A DNA stretch of 64,000 nt. Source: Lama glama. Taxonomy: Eukaryota. Both the position numbers and the translations under genes were made by a program. The stretch covers positions 70,558,001 through 70,622,000 of the forward strand of contig CM052816.1 of the NCBI GenBank assembly GCA_028534125.1. Direction: 5' to 3'. The notes under the pieces were generated by a model. That model worked only from the letters and a program-made list of their open reading frames with translations, was not told the DNA's origin and ran no database searches. Of the stretch, positions 38,385-51,959 are shown piece by piece (position 1 is the first letter of the stretch; the number at the start of each line of letters is the position of its first letter).

Positions 38385-38880
38385 TCATCTTTTCCTCTAG
38401 CTCACCTATGCCATCCACTCCCAAGGTCTCAGCCTTGACCTTGTCATCTGGAAAAATTGTAGCACCTCAAACTCAAGGTCAAATGTTCTTCTCTCTGACC
38501 ATAACTTCGGCTCATTTACCTAGTGTATCTAATTCATCAATCCCTTGACTACATTAAGATTACCAATTAATTCATGGATCTTACCTTTTTGTTTTTTGTA
38601 CCCAGTCTAGATTCCGTGATCCATCACCATAATCATTTACTTGCAAACATTTAACTCCTTTAATCTTGTTCCCCTCCATCAACTAACTTGGCTAAATTCC
38701 AACTGTTGTTATATCCAAATAATTGTAACTCTGTGACACTAAATGTTGGCAGGCAAAAATCACATACCTTGTAGACTGGTCTCACTTAAAAGTTCTGACC
38801 ATGAATCTCACACGCAGTTGCCCATAGCACTGCCCAGCAATCCTACTGCCTTTTCACTAACGAGTGTATTGCTCCCATTT
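38385..38880 (+). mobile_element. L2 LINE internal (ORF2-region) fragment
   Basis: 'ccactcccaaggtctcagccttgaccttgtcatc...ctctctgaccataac...agattccgtgatccatcacc'. Confidence 0.65.
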
Positions 38881-39146
38881 ATTGAGTTCAATCACATTCC
38901 AGTTATAAGTTGTTACCTCCTCAGGAAAAACAGTCAGTATCATTTGTACATGGGGAGGCATTCATGTGAGAAGAGATGGAAGCCACGCGGACTAAATAAG
39001 GCTGCTCTGTGATTCATGTTTTACATTTACAACACACTTTCCATGTATAGGACACACTATGAACTATTGGATTATCTGGGTAAATTATCTTCACACCAGG
39101 AATAGCAGAAAATATAACCCCTTGGTCAGAGATCAGTGCTTTATAT

Positions 39147-39198
39147 CCTATTATATCTATCTATCTATCTACCTATCTACCTACCTAATTACCTACTT
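39147..39198. repeat. (TCTA)n/(CCTA)n microsatellite
   Basis: Read directly. Confidence 0.8.
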
Positions 39199-39236
39199 AA
39201 CATATATCTCACCTCTGTAAGCTTATTCTTTGTAAA

Positions 39237-39665
39237 TGTCAGGATATAAGAGGACTCATAACTGCCTGTTCCCTCACCCTTTCTGTACACTTTGCTTCTA
39301 GCAACTCCACCTGAGACTTCCCTCTGATGGCTGTCCTGGGACTGCTAGAGCTGCTTTGCCCCCAGGGTTCAGAGTCAGAAGTACCTGGGAGTTCTCTCCC
39401 TCCTCGCCCCTTGCCCTGCTCCATAGGCAACACCTGAGCTCAGGCAATGCAACACCAGCCCCTTGACTTGACTTGGAGCCCCCTCTTCAGATCAGGCAGA
39501 TGCCTTGACTTCACCTGAAGTCACACCCTTGCTTGTCCTCTGGGGCCGCTCTGTTTGGCTCGCACAAATCCCTCCGTATTTTCTTTTGGAAGCACTTTCT
39601 TCATAAATCATTCTCACTTGACTCCTCCTCTCAGATTTTGCTTCTGGGGAACTGTATCTAAGGCA
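39237..39665 (+). mobile_element. ERVL solo LTR, LTR16-like
   Basis: TG...CA ends; 3' 'agcactttcttcataaatcattctcacttgactcctcctctcagattttgcttctggggaactgtatctaaggca' matches the LTR16-type terminus. Confidence 0.7.
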
Positions 39666-41696
39666 GCCATTACCTAGGCTTCTACATCCCTTCTTCAGCC
39701 TAGGCTAGACATCCTTGAACCTGGACCACGGAAATCACTGCTTTTTCCATTGCTGATCATCCTCCTTCCATTTCCACTTTCCTCAAATTCTTCCACATAT
39801 TAATGGTAGATTAGCTGTCTTTAAATTCTGCTTCTATCACATGTCTTCCTTGTTAAAAAATCTCCAATAACTCTGCATTGCCTCCATTAGTGATTTTGAA
39901 ATATACTTTAAAAGAGAACTTTTATCCTAATTAAAATAGAAAGTAGATAAAACTTCCAGCTGCTTTTTGAAAGATTAGGCCTATAGGTTAAAAATCATCC
40001 CCCACTACCCCCCCCACCCCCCACCCCGTGACTTTCAGTCACTCAACAGTCTGGCCCTACCTTCTCTACTCCTCCTCCTCTTCCGGACTCCCCAACATGA
40101 ACTCTGCCCAGACCAAATATCCTTCTTTTTCCCTCCAACTAAGCCAAATGCCACCCATTTGGTAAGATTCAGCTCAAGTCCAACTTTCTGTGCAAAACTC
40201 TTCCCACCTAGTCGCCAACATGGCCCATACTGAGCTTTCCGGTCTCTAAACTCTTAGCAAACTTGTCTCCTGTGAGCACTGCCATCTTCTCAGTTTGTAT
40301 ACCATTGCTTTGTCTCTCAATGACATTGTAAGTTCGAAAGGGGCAAGCAAGGGTAAAGAGCACGGCCTACATCATAGCTTTTGGTATTTTCTTATCCTTT
40401 ATCGCTGTTTTGCTTTGCTCACAGCTGACCCGCAAACATTCTTACTAGATGACTGTAACATTTCACATAAGCAACTAGAAAACTGAGATAGTGGAGAAAT
40501 AATGATAAGCAGAAAAAGAGATACCAAGAAGTGTGGGAAATTAGAAGAGCGGGTGGTGGGAACTCAAATCTCAGGAAGACGACATTCAGTGTAGGTCCCC
40601 GGCTGACAGTGAGGTGCATATTTCCCTAGGAACTGGACAGAAAAAGGCCTGCTGTGTGTTCCCCAGAAAAGGGTGCCATTTATTAATTTTAATCACAGGA
40701 AAATGATCAAATCACAAAACATACATAATGCTTTGCTGAGTACTGGTGAGACTCAGTTTTTAATAGAAATAGATTCAGTCCCAGCTTTGTTCATAATTTA
40801 AGGCAGGTGAAACAGATTTGTACTCACATAGCGTGTATATATGCACATACGATGGAGTCAAATAAGTATGAGAATTAAATGACAAGATAAAAAGTGATGA
40901 ACACACATGGTGAGAAAGCAGGAGAGGATCTCGAGCAAGCTGACTGTCTCACGCTGACGGGCCTCGTGGAGGAAGGAGGCTCCAGCTTCCTGAATGATAC
41001 CCAGGGAAAGAGCAGACGGCAGGTTATGAAGGTAGAATGGGAGAAAACAAAGCAGTCCTGAGCCTGGAAAATCAGTCAAGGATCATCATTAAAGACATTT
41101 ACATCAAATTTCAGACACTGAGGCAAGACAAACAACCAACAATCATCGTATTTGACTTGAAGCTGCCAACTGCTTTGGAAAGGTTCAAAACCTAGAGGGT
41201 GGACTTAAGCAGAGAGCTGGTGAGGAGCAGTGAAGTTGGAAAGATTCTAGGCATTTCTGATGAGTGGAAAAAAAAGAGCAGAGAAGGCAGCTGAAAGGAA
41301 CAACTGGGTCAGATGTGGGCTTTCCTTTAGGGAGAACGGAGAGAGTACCTTCTGGCATCAGTAAAAGAGTGGATAAAGATGTTACTGTAAACTCTTATTC
41401 AGGTGGGATAAGTCACATGTAGAAGGGACAATTAGTTTTCAGGGACAACTGTGAGGGACACGTTTACCCCCTGGGGAGATGCAGTTTAAATGCCTTGGGT
41501 AAGGAGTTGTAACTTTAGTCTAAGGCCAAAGAGAACTAAGAGCTGACTTACGTTATCTCCTAAACCAGGCACACAGCTGACTGAGGATTCTGTTACGTGA
41601 ACAAGAGGTTTGTAATACTTAGAACCTCCTACTTAAACATCAAATTTACACTTTTGTCTCAGCTAAGCCCCAGACTAATATTCCCCTATCCCTTTT

Positions 41697-42100
41697 CCAG
41701 GGAATACTAATTTTCTAAGTTACTAGGTATGATTTTTTAAAAAAGAGCCCAAAGTCAAATAATCTTGGAAAACAATGATTAACACAAAATTAAATGTACC
41801 TTTTCAGCAGGATCCCCTGTTTCTCTGTCTATGTCTGTCTGTCTCCCTCTCCTGTTTATATTAAGTAAAAAATGCCACAAATTTCAAATGGTGCAAAGGA
41901 GCAAGGCTTTTACTCCTGTCCCCAGTAGCTCTACTCTGACTCATATGCAAATTCTTTTGAAAGTGCTCCCAGAGTCTTTAATATGAAAACATGCATTGTG
42001 CATCATGAATTGGAAGATGGGATGTATTTTATTCTTTTTTAAGGGAATATATATTTTTTTGTGAGGAACTTCTTTAATATGTAGCTATAGCTTGGAAAAC
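41697..42100. mobile_element. Probable hAT-Charlie DNA transposon relic
   Basis: 'aataatcttggaaaacaatgattaacacaaaattaaatg...cagagtctttaatatgaaaacatgcattgtg'. Confidence 0.4.
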
Positions 42101-43424
42101 ATTATTTTATTCTACTATTAAGAGTTACCTACTTGTAATGATCAATTAATTCTGTTTCATTCACCCTTATTATATTTATGTCCCACCATCATGCACTGTT
42201 AGCTATCCCAATATAAGATTTTAGCCCATTTCTAAATTGGGGGTTTTTTGGGATTAGGGACAAAGCATTGGGATTAGGGACATTGCTGTGACACTGGACA
42301 TAATACTTAATCAATAAGATACTTCATAAATATCTGCTGAATTAAAGTGAATTAATCATCCAAATGGCTTCCTTTCTTTTGTGGGTTGAGAAGAGGAGGA
42401 TAGTGAATGTGATCATGGAAGGAATGGCTGGTAAAAATTGCAAAAAGCACTCATTTTTTTTCCTCATAAAACAGAATGACAAGAGAGTTTGAGAAAGAGA
42501 AGTGTTAAAATAGCTATTAAGTATATTGCAGCAAAGAGTTAAGAAGGAATAGAATCGTTTCTTCAGTTGGAATTATATTATGACCTTGTATTGTTAAGTC
42601 AGAATTATAACACCAGCAACTGAATTTTAATGTCCAGCATGAGCTAAGTTTCTGGGCCTTCACTCAACAATTAACATGACCAGATCCATGGCTTCTTAGG
42701 GGAGAAATGACAGGGAATCACAATAAAGTTTTCTGTGTATCTGTTATGATGCACGATACTTGCCTGATAAGAGCTCAGGCTTTGTGTCTGATCATTTTAT
42801 GTTTCCTTTTACCAAACTAGGAGTACAAGAGTCCTGCCCTACAATATGCTTCTACCATAGCTAAGTGAGGGTATGATGTGATGGTTATACAGGCTGTAAT
42901 CCTGTAATCCAATTTAACTGCCCACATAAACCGTTTTGAGGCTATGTTGGCTGAAACCTGGCTTAACCTTTGTTATTATGGAGGGGGACATGAACAGGAC
43001 TGATTCACAGGGAGATGAAATGAGTCCTCAGAAACAAAAATGAGGTTGGTAGATGATAGATGTAGATCCTAGGAAAAGGATGTCTTTAGTTGACCTCTTG
43101 CTTGATGGAAGATGCCATGATGAAACTGATCTATGCTCAAAAACGCAACGCTAGGAGGTGTTAAAGTTTTGTGGAGAAGGGGGAAGACTATGGGAGAAAT
43201 CAGGACTAGAGGTGAATGGGGCCAGATGTGTTGAACACCTGCAAAGAAAAGCCTGAAACACAATATAAAGGGGGTGTTGAGGTGTAGTCTCCCACAAGTG
43301 AGTCCCTCCTAGCTCAATGGCTTCATGAAGCAGAGTGAGATACGGTGGTCACTACAATAATGATGTTTAACACAAAGAGAAATACAAGATTCCAGGAATT
43401 ACATTTCTCCAACATAAATGACTT

Positions 43425-44010
43425 GTCTCCTATGTGCTAGGCAGCACAGGAAACTCTGAACAGTAATCCATAGATAAAAAGAGTAAGGCACAACGCTGTC
43501 ATGGTGGAACTCACAGTCCCCCAGCAGGGACGGATGCAAAAAGCATCAGTAGAGTGATGAGCAGTGGATGAAGGGTATGCAAATGCTATGGGAACATGGG
43601 AGGGAAAGGGATTTTCTTTTGGAAGCATGGGTGGAACAACCATAGAAAATGACAGAGCAAGTCACATTTGTACTGAGTCTCAGAAGCTGGCCTGGCACAT
43701 GGGACCTGGGGTGCAGAAGGGCATTCCAGGCAGAGAGAATTACCTGAGCACAGAACTATGTATTCAGGGAAGGCCAGGCCAGGTGTGGCTGCAGGGCAAG
43801 AAGAGAGGTGGGCAGGAGGAAGTGGAATGACAGGCACTAGGTGATGTCTTACAGTTCACTGGAGAGCTTGGATATTATTCAGCAGGTAAGGATAGAAGAA
43901 TTTTTATCCAGGGAAATGCCAGGATCTGAACTTTCCATTGGAAAAGTAACTCAGATGACTGATGGATGGAGGTGGAGGACCACAGAGACTGGGAGACTAG
44001 CCAGCGAGAA
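43425..44010 (-). mobile_element. L2 LINE 3' fragment
   Basis: 'ctcctatgtgctaggca...catggtggaactcacagtc...agggcattccaggcagagagaa' is reverse L2. Confidence 0.75.
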
Positions 44011-44708
44011 GATTCACCTGGTTCACAGCACTGCATTTAGAAACTATAGTCTGTTTGACAAGGATATGGCTGCACGCCTCAGACAGGCTTCTTTTCAGAC
44101 TTCAAAACAATGAATCAGCCCTCATATTTCAGGCTCCTAGGAAAATGGCCATAAAATGTGTAGTAAAGGAAAGATAAATAATATTCCTAAAATTTAATTA
44201 ATTTCTCTCTTTCGTTTTGCCTGGTTTAATGTTATGTCACACTCTTGATGGGAACAATCTAGACATTGTTCCATTAGTATATTTCACTTTTATATCAAGC
44301 CTCACAATTTACTGGTTTTATTTAGGGTAATGCACTCGTATTTGGCATATTTATACCATCCTCATTTATTATTAAAAGCAACGTTATGTTTAGGTATTGA
44401 GGATCAATAAGACCTTCATAACGTTTATACCATCATATCTTTTATGGCAAGCTCAGAGTGTTTCAGGTTTGTTTTTATAGGTGATTTTTTAAAAAGCAAT
44501 TTTATAGCCTTTACTCTGTCTTGGGTGAAAAATTGGTTTACAAAAGTTCCTTGACTGTTTGCAAAAGTCTTAATAGGACCACACAGAAACATGGGAGAAA
44601 TTTTGAGTAGCTATTTAGAGTCGATGTTTTTATCACTTAAATTATTGCATTCCCCTAATGATGTATACTAATTGTCATATGGAAACTTTAATGCAAGTTT
44701 TAAAATTT

Positions 44709-44768
44709 GTCCTTCCTTCTTTCCTTCTTTCCTCCCTTCCTTCCTTCTTCCTTCCTTTTTTTTTTTTT
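44709..44768. repeat. (CCTT)n tract plus poly-T
   Basis: Read directly. Confidence 0.85.
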
Positions 44769-46735
44769 GTGAGGGTGACAGTTTCTTCTGGAACTGTTTC
44801 ATATCTTTGAGACTGCCTTTCAATACTCGCGATTACTAAATGACAAATCTATGACAGCAGAGAGTAGGCCATCATATTCGATCTTTACCCGCTGTACCAA
44901 GTGAATTAACTAATATAACAAACAGGAACACACGAGGTATAATTAGATGTAAATGTTGTTTGGCCTATCATCCCTTTAAAACTTCTTTAGGGTGAAATTC
45001 TTCTACTCTTTCTGGATGGAAAGATAAATGTCTTACGGCTTTTCTTATTCTTAGTTTTAAAATGTCTTTTTTAAAAGCCCTCTTTTTTCTTTAGGTTGTA
45101 CCATGTGAAATTGCTCTATCTGTAGGTCAAAAAAAGATGAAACAATTTCATATAGTTCAACCTAAATTCAAACAAACTCAACAAGACAAAACATCAAAGT
45201 TGATTTGTAGTTAAACCCTCTCTCCTCCCCCTAGTAAGACTTATGGGAGGTGAGAGCATGTAGCTGAGGAAGGGTCATGACTGGCTGTTAACTATAATTT
45301 CTGACCATGCCAGCGTCTGGGGCAGGGAAGATGAATAAAGAGTATAGAAATGCTTTCCTGACCAGTGCTGTCCTAAGTTGGATCAGGTGCAAACAGCTCT
45401 GGACTTTCTGGTGGGCTCTTTGGAGATCTCCCTGCACCTGTATCTTTGCCCGAGTGAATGCATTTCACTACGTGGTCCTTAGGACTCAGGATATCATTGG
45501 CTTTTCTGTGCAGAGGCCTTTACTCACTTCCAAGAGATTCTATAGGCAGGACCTAACAGATCTGCATGATGATCCATGGGAAACACATACATTCTTCATA
45601 CTGACGACCCTGGGAGTGAGGCCAGTCTGAGTGCTCTGACGCACCTGTCAGCAGCCAGACGGCTATCTTGCCCTTTAGATACTTCAGACAGGAGTTAGGC
45701 ACTTGTCAACTGTGTGTCCCAACTTTCATAGACACACCCCACGCTCACTGTATGATCCCACTGAAGCCTTCCTCACTAGACTTTTTCTACAGAGAAACCC
45801 GCTTTATGAATTCTCTCAACTCCACTCTTAATGCCTTTACATCCTTGATATGGGTGAGGAGTCTAAGAGCCCTCCACCCAGAGCTTAACTGTCCATCTGT
45901 GCAACTTCTCCTGGGTGGTATCCCTCGAAATTCATTTTTAAATCTGCCCCTTTCAGGAATGAAGAGGTAGAGAGGATAATTAAGGGGGAGGAAACATTCC
46001 AGAGGCTAATCCTGCCAATCTTAGGGCAGGATTGGGTGCTTCAGTTGAAAACAAACAAAACCAAAAGACAAAAAAAGAAAAAAACTTATTTAAATTATGT
46101 TAGCAATCAGGGAAAAAAATGATTGTTAAAACAAATGAATTACTGTAAGACCACGTGAAAGGAAAGTAGACTTTTTAGTACACATTTCTTTGAAGTAGAA
46201 GCAACTTTCCAAATTTCTATGAATGAATTTCTTTTCTGACTCCACTGAAAGAAGACCAAACTTAAAGGGCATTTAAATGTGTTATACTTAAAACCCTATT
46301 AAATACAGTTTGGCAAAAGTGATGGCTTAGTAAATGTCCTTCTCAATCCCTTTTGTTTAGAGAATTACTTACAAAACTAGTCATTAATCCAACTTAAGCC
46401 AAAATAGAAAAAGATTAGAAATTACTACAGTATAAACATTAAAGCCAAATATATAAGTAATATACTTAAAAGAATACTAAAATGTCAGTTATAGAAAAAA
46501 GTCTCATTAAATGTCCACCTATCAGAGAAAAATTCAAAAACGCACTCATTCATAACAGGTGCCCATTAAATGCCCATTATGTCACAGCAAAGCACTGCGC
46601 TGGCCACGGATATGGATAAAAAAGATAACATAAACTCTTCAGTCTTAAGGTTCTTGTAATCTGGAGGATGCAGTAAGCACAATCTCTCTCTCTCACACAC
46701 ACACACACATACATCAATATAATAATGCATGAGTC

Positions 46736-46905
46736 CACTGTTTCTCAAACTTTGACCTGTTTAAGACTCATGTGGATTTGCTTACTTAAAATGCTGCTTT
46801 ATAGTCCCACCCTCAGAGATTCTGATTCTGAAAGTCTGGGTACAGTCCGAGCACCCTTGGAATTCAGAAGCAGAAATTCCATGAGCCCCATTTGCAGAAA
46901 CACTG
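46736..46905. mobile_element. MER5-type hAT-Charlie MITE
   Basis: Terminal inverted repeats cactgtttctcaaa / tttgcagaaacactg; internal 'cccaccctcagagattctgattc...gtctggg'. Confidence 0.75.
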
Positions 46906-46913
46906 CATTATAC

Positions 46914-47034
46914 AGAAGCTCCATGAAGGCAGAGGCCACGTCTGTCTTGTTCTCCACGATTATCCAGTATGTAGTATGTAGCCCAGTATGTAGTAAACCC
47001 TCAGGAAAAGACATCTGAATAAACAAACGAATGA
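46914..47034 (+). mobile_element. L2 3' end
   Basis: 'aagctccatgaaggcagaggccacgtctgtcttgttctcc...tgaataaacaaacgaatga'. Confidence 0.75.
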
Positions 47035-48828
47035 GTCTAGCTAAGCTCCACTAAGAATGATACGAGCAAACTGTGACAGAAAAACTCAGCAACTTAAGCA
47101 GCTCCCCTCTCTCTTTAGGAAGCGGGTTCCCTTACGTGAAGTCAGCCGATGCTAGAAATGACTCAGTGCACAGGGTTGCATTCTGAACTCATCCTCTCTG
47201 TGGAACGGGGACCGGGAGCCAAAAAAACGTGACCTGACTCTTCTCAGAGTTTGTGTCCCTCCCATTCACTGGTAGCATCTGGACCCCAAGGGCTGGCCCC
47301 TGTTCCTCTGAATAGAGTCACTGTTCCCTCCAAGAAAGACATATAACTCCACGAAGCCTATTCTGGCAGGCTGGAATTCTGCTGGTGCTGGACAGAATAG
47401 CTCCTCTATTGGGATTCCCACTACTGAAACGTAAAATTAATTATAGTTCTAATAGATGGAACATCAACACTGCAGCAGAATGAATGGAGCAAATAAGCAA
47501 TTGATTCTTATCTATTTCTTTACAAAACTGAGTCACTGGCACAGATTTGCACTGAAACAACGATTATTACTTTAAAGTAACCTGGTAGATTTTCCTCAGG
47601 AAGTTGTGGAGCAACTTCAAACATGTAACAGCTACATTAATTTCAAAAATAGCTACCCGTAAATTAATTTTTATAGTAAAATAGACAAACTTAAAAGTAA
47701 AATCAAATATTTAGATGACTAAAAATATTGCAAATTTAAAAATATTCCAAGACTATCATTAGATTTGGAAAGAAAGGACTGGATAAGAAGGTAAGATGAG
47801 GTGGATAAAACAAGTGAAAGGGAGACACACATCGTGGTAAGGGAGGGGAGAGCTGTGACCAGCCGTTTGATTTCAGGTATGTCAGTGCAGGCAATGGAGG
47901 GCCAAGAGGCCTGGCCTGCTTCCATCCAGGGGGCTGGCCAAGGGAGGACAGGGACAAAGGACTAGAGACCACTGTTTAGGGACAGCAGATGGGACTGGCT
48001 CTGAAACTTTTGCAGAAGAGGTCTCAGAAAGGCAAGACGGCTGCACTGCAGTTGGAGGGCTGTGTGTTTGGGTCTGCCACAACAAGCAAGGGACCTTGAA
48101 TAAGTCCCGTAGCTTCTTGTGTCCCCTCCATCAACTGAGATTTGGGGCTAAATGACCTTTCAGATTACTTCTAGCTCTAATTTTATGGCTCTGTGCAATC
48201 TTATTACCTAGGAAAAGAAGGATAGGGGAAAGGAAGAAAGGAGGAAGGGAAAGAAGTCCTCAGAAGGGGGAAAAAACATGGACCAGAAAGAGGACCAAGT
48301 TACAATTCTGAGTCTTCTTTTAAAGGATGCAGGCCACCGGACACCCTATGGCAAGAAAAGAGGTAATATCCTCTCCAAACTTTCAGTAATTTACTTGGGA
48401 TAAGAAGCTTGCATCCAGGAAAATTAACATTTTGTGATGTGGAAAAGTCCATTTTCTTATAATAATTTTGCTCTGATTTCAAGAGGTTCTGTGTTGTCAT
48501 GTAGGACAGATATAAAACCTCAACTAGCTCCCTCAAGAGATCTAATCTGCCTTGGAGTACAGTTGTATGACATTTTACTTTGAAGTTTGAATTCTAATTT
48601 GCAATCTTCTACTACCATCCTTTTAGAAAAATGTAAGGTACATACATATCATAAAATATGTTTTAAATCTATATTATATAAATTGTATATTATGTATTTT
48701 AAATAAATATAAAGATAAAAATATACACACAGATACAAAAATATCAAAATACATAAACACAGATATGTATGTCTATATACATAGGCATGAATATACATAG
48801 ATGTATGTATGTGTATACATAGATGGAC

Positions 48829-49607
48829 ATACACATACATACACCTATGTGTATATATATGTGTGTGTATTTATAGCCCAGTTTCAATGTAGGTGTGACA
48901 AACATTAATGTGGTCAGACAACTTCTTCAGTGCTTCAGAAATTTTCCCAAGAGTAGAGCCCTCAGAGACAAAGGACAGAACACTGGACTGCGCGCGCAGC
49001 TCTAACATCTCTGGTGCTCTCCTGAAGTCCCCAGGCTCTGTGACAGCCATTCTGACTCTGATGCCAGTGCTAATTCTTGCCCTCCAGGCACTGACCTCTC
49101 TTTGACATTTAATTTGCCTGTTATCCATTGTGTCTTCTCTACATTTTAAGCCATGCGGCCATATAATGTTAATGAACATTAGATTGAGTAACCAAAACGC
49201 AGTGTCTACAGTGGAAGAGCCACGTGAGAAGTTCCATTTCATTTAGTGGCAAGAAAGGGGGATGTGTTAGAAATAGAGACTCCCGGGGAGGAAGAACTTC
49301 CCAATTATTCAACTTACTGCTGCTAAAGCCAGGATCATTTGCTTTTTACTTAAGGAAAGGAATTATTAAATATAGAGAAAAACAGACATTCAGCAGTATC
49401 TTATGGTCAAATCCTAATTTATCTGTACAATAGGAGAAAGGAGACTCTGATATGATGGGTTCTTTGGGATGTCCAATTAGTTTCTACAGATTCTGAAACG
49501 CTGCACTGAAAAAGTTGTCTGACCACATTAATGTCTGTCACACCTACATTGAAATTGGACTATAAATACACACATATATATATACACATAGGTGTATGTA
49601 TGTGTAT
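48829..49607. repeat. Inverted repeat: 105-bp arms (48829-48933 and 49503-49607), 569-bp spacer
   Basis: The reverse complement of the left arm equals the right arm at 100 of 105 positions (manual alignment). Confidence 0.93.
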
Positions 49608-49911
49608 TACCAAAGGTAGCTACACTTGTTTTTGTAATTAAGAATTAAATTATGATTTTATAGAGATCTATAGGGGATATTTTCAAAGAGTATTGGAAAT
49701 GGCAGTTTTCACAGTATTTTCTATTTAGAAAAATAACACAGTCTGCCAGGAATGTGCCTTTCTTCAGGAATAAGAACAGGGATATGGAAGATAAAGTTCA
49801 TCCTGAATTTTAGCTTTATTGATTAACTTATTTTCAGAATATTTTTCTTTATTAAAAATCCATCCATTTTAATCTTTAGGACAATGGAAATCAAAACATA
49901 GAGTCACATAC

Positions 49912-50039
49912 CTGTGTCTGTTTAGGACCAATATCCATTCTTTCTAGAAGATCATTTAAAAAATCTGTAACACTTTCCCAGGGGTAAATACTGTTGGAAC
50001 CATCCAGCACTATGACTATGTCCAGCTGAGTGCTGCATT
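49912..50039 (-). CDS. ITGA1: ITGA1 exon 6 (128 bp), start of alpha-I domain with MIDAS DxSxS
   Basis: ttgcag|AA TGC...ACA CAG|gtatgt; encodes (E)[42 protein letters not shown]. Confidence 0.97.
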
Positions 50040-50642
50040 CTGCAAGAGGAAGAGTTAACTGTGCAAATTTGAAGTCTCTCTTTAGAGGTATATGAACTGT
50101 TTTCGTGGCTGAAAGAAGCTCATTTTAAAGATGAGTTCATGTTCTACAGAGTGGACACATTACTTTTATAATCAGAAAAAAAAGTTCTATATTAAGTAAA
50201 GGTGATAAGAAATACTGTATTCAGTAACAATTGGTTTGGGATTAGTATCAAGTAAAACCCATCTCTACTTAATTTTAATGAACGTTGTATGAGTTATCTC
50301 TGGAAATTTTCTCAGTATGACTTCTCTGTGAGTTCTCATTCTGTGTATATTTCAAATGACGTTACTTTCCTCAAAGAAAATCATCCTTTAAATAAAAGCA
50401 ATGTGACAGCTTTAGCTATGATGTTTAAACATGACTCTGTAAAGGTTATTTACACTAATATCAATTCCAAAAATAGTAGGGAGGTTTGGTTATATATTGG
50501 CAAAGCAAACGCTTACCTAAATTGGTAATGCTGGTAGCCGAGAAAATATTTCAAGCTTTTTGGTATGCTCCTGTGTATACATATGTCTCATTCATTGCTT
50601 ATGCTTTTCAAACACTGTAAGAACATTGCATAAAATCCATAC

Positions 50643-50754
50643 CTTGTACAGGGGCAATGGAGCTCACAACTTGAAATGTGGGGCTGACATCAGAACAGAT
50701 TCCAGTTGTGTAATGCACATGTCCACATCTATAGGCATATAAGGGCCCACATGC
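50643..50754 (-). CDS. ITGA1: ITGA1 exon 5 (112 bp)
   Basis: taaaag|GCA TGT...GTA CAA G|gtatgg; encodes ACGPLYAYRCGHVHYTTGICSDVSPTFQVVSSIAPVQ. Intron 4 is only 117 bp. Confidence 0.96.
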
Positions 50755-50871
50755 CTTTTAAAAATTAAAAAAAGTAAAACCATTAGATTAAAAATTATAT
50801 AATAAATTTTATAAAGATTTATAATCATAGAATTCTTGGTTCATTAACTATGTTACTCTTTCTTTTCTTAC

Positions 50872-50960
50872 CAGAAACCCTCCTTTTGGGTTGGTGACTA
50901 AAGTAGATCCAAATGTCATGTTCTCCTTTACTTCTGTGACATTGGGAATTGATGTATTAA
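50872..50960 (-). CDS. ITGA1: ITGA1 exon 4 (89 bp)
   Basis: ttttag|TT AAT...TTT CTG|gtaaga; encodes (V)NTSIPNVTEVKENMTFGSTLVTNPKGGFL. Confidence 0.96.
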
Positions 50961-51959
50961 CTAAAAATAGAACAAACTTTTATAAGGGTGGAAAACAAAG
51001 TAAAATGAAGTGTCATCTTATTAAAACATTCTGTTTGCTTTGCTCATATCATAGCACATTCTTTTGGTTCAACTAAAAAGTCTCCAAAGTATTATTAGGG
51101 AATATAATAAACAAATTAAGGCTGAAAACCTGGCTTTTGTCTCAGAAACTTTGTCTGGATCACTGCCTCAAAGAGTTTTGCTGATCTGTAAAAGAATGCA
51201 CAGCTATCAGGGCAATGAGAATGCGGGATAGCCTTTTGCACATTTTTTGCTACACATTAAAATATATAAAATGTTTAGTCTCATAATACTGTAGATATAA
51301 AGTAAACTTATACATTTACTTACATGATATGCATACATGTTAGAAATGACCAATGGTGAAACATGATCTCTGAGAAGAAGGAAAATGGGGAGAAGACCAG
51401 AAAAAGAAAACTCAAACACAAGATTTTGATGGTTAATTTCACCTTCATAGGGACATCATAAGAGTTACAAAGAAAACTGGAGCAAGATTAGAACAGCAGT
51501 CAGGAAGTTTAGATAAAAGAACACATGAAGGGACTACATTTGACATTACTAATAAGAATGTTGGGCGCTACAGCATGCCAACCTGGCAAAAAGAAGTTCC
51601 ACTTCCTCACATTAAAAAAGAAAACAAAGATTGGACAGGAAAAGCAAAAGCTTCTGAAGTCCGCTTCGTGGAGCGTTAACATATTTGAAAGCGGCAAAAC
51701 TCTAGTTCAAGAAAGATTTGTCTCCGTCTCCATGCCTAGAAATTTTTCTTACCATAAAATTACACATAGATACAAAGTGGGGAATGGAGACAGAGATTCC
51801 TGAACAGTCACAATGGCACCTTACTCTGATTAGAGATACCTGGATTGACCAGGTTTATACCTGGGTTGACCCAGGGTGAGCATTCCTGGCACGTTAACAA
51901 CTACAGCGGAAACCGCCCTCTTGTTCTTGATGCAGCTAAAATCTCCATGCTAATGTTAA

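Noticed and set aside
37824..38424. Long ORFs of 182-186 aa
   Set aside because: Artefacts of translating the N gap.
42248..42282. Direct repeat ttgggattagggaca x2 with a 5-nt spacer (telomere-like or CRISPR-like)
   Set aside because: Only two units; a simple slippage duplication in a eukaryotic intron.
51838..51876. Two adjacent mini-hairpins (cctggattgaccagg / cctgggttgacccagg)
   Set aside because: Stems of 5-6 bp from a short tandem duplication; not distinguishable from chance.
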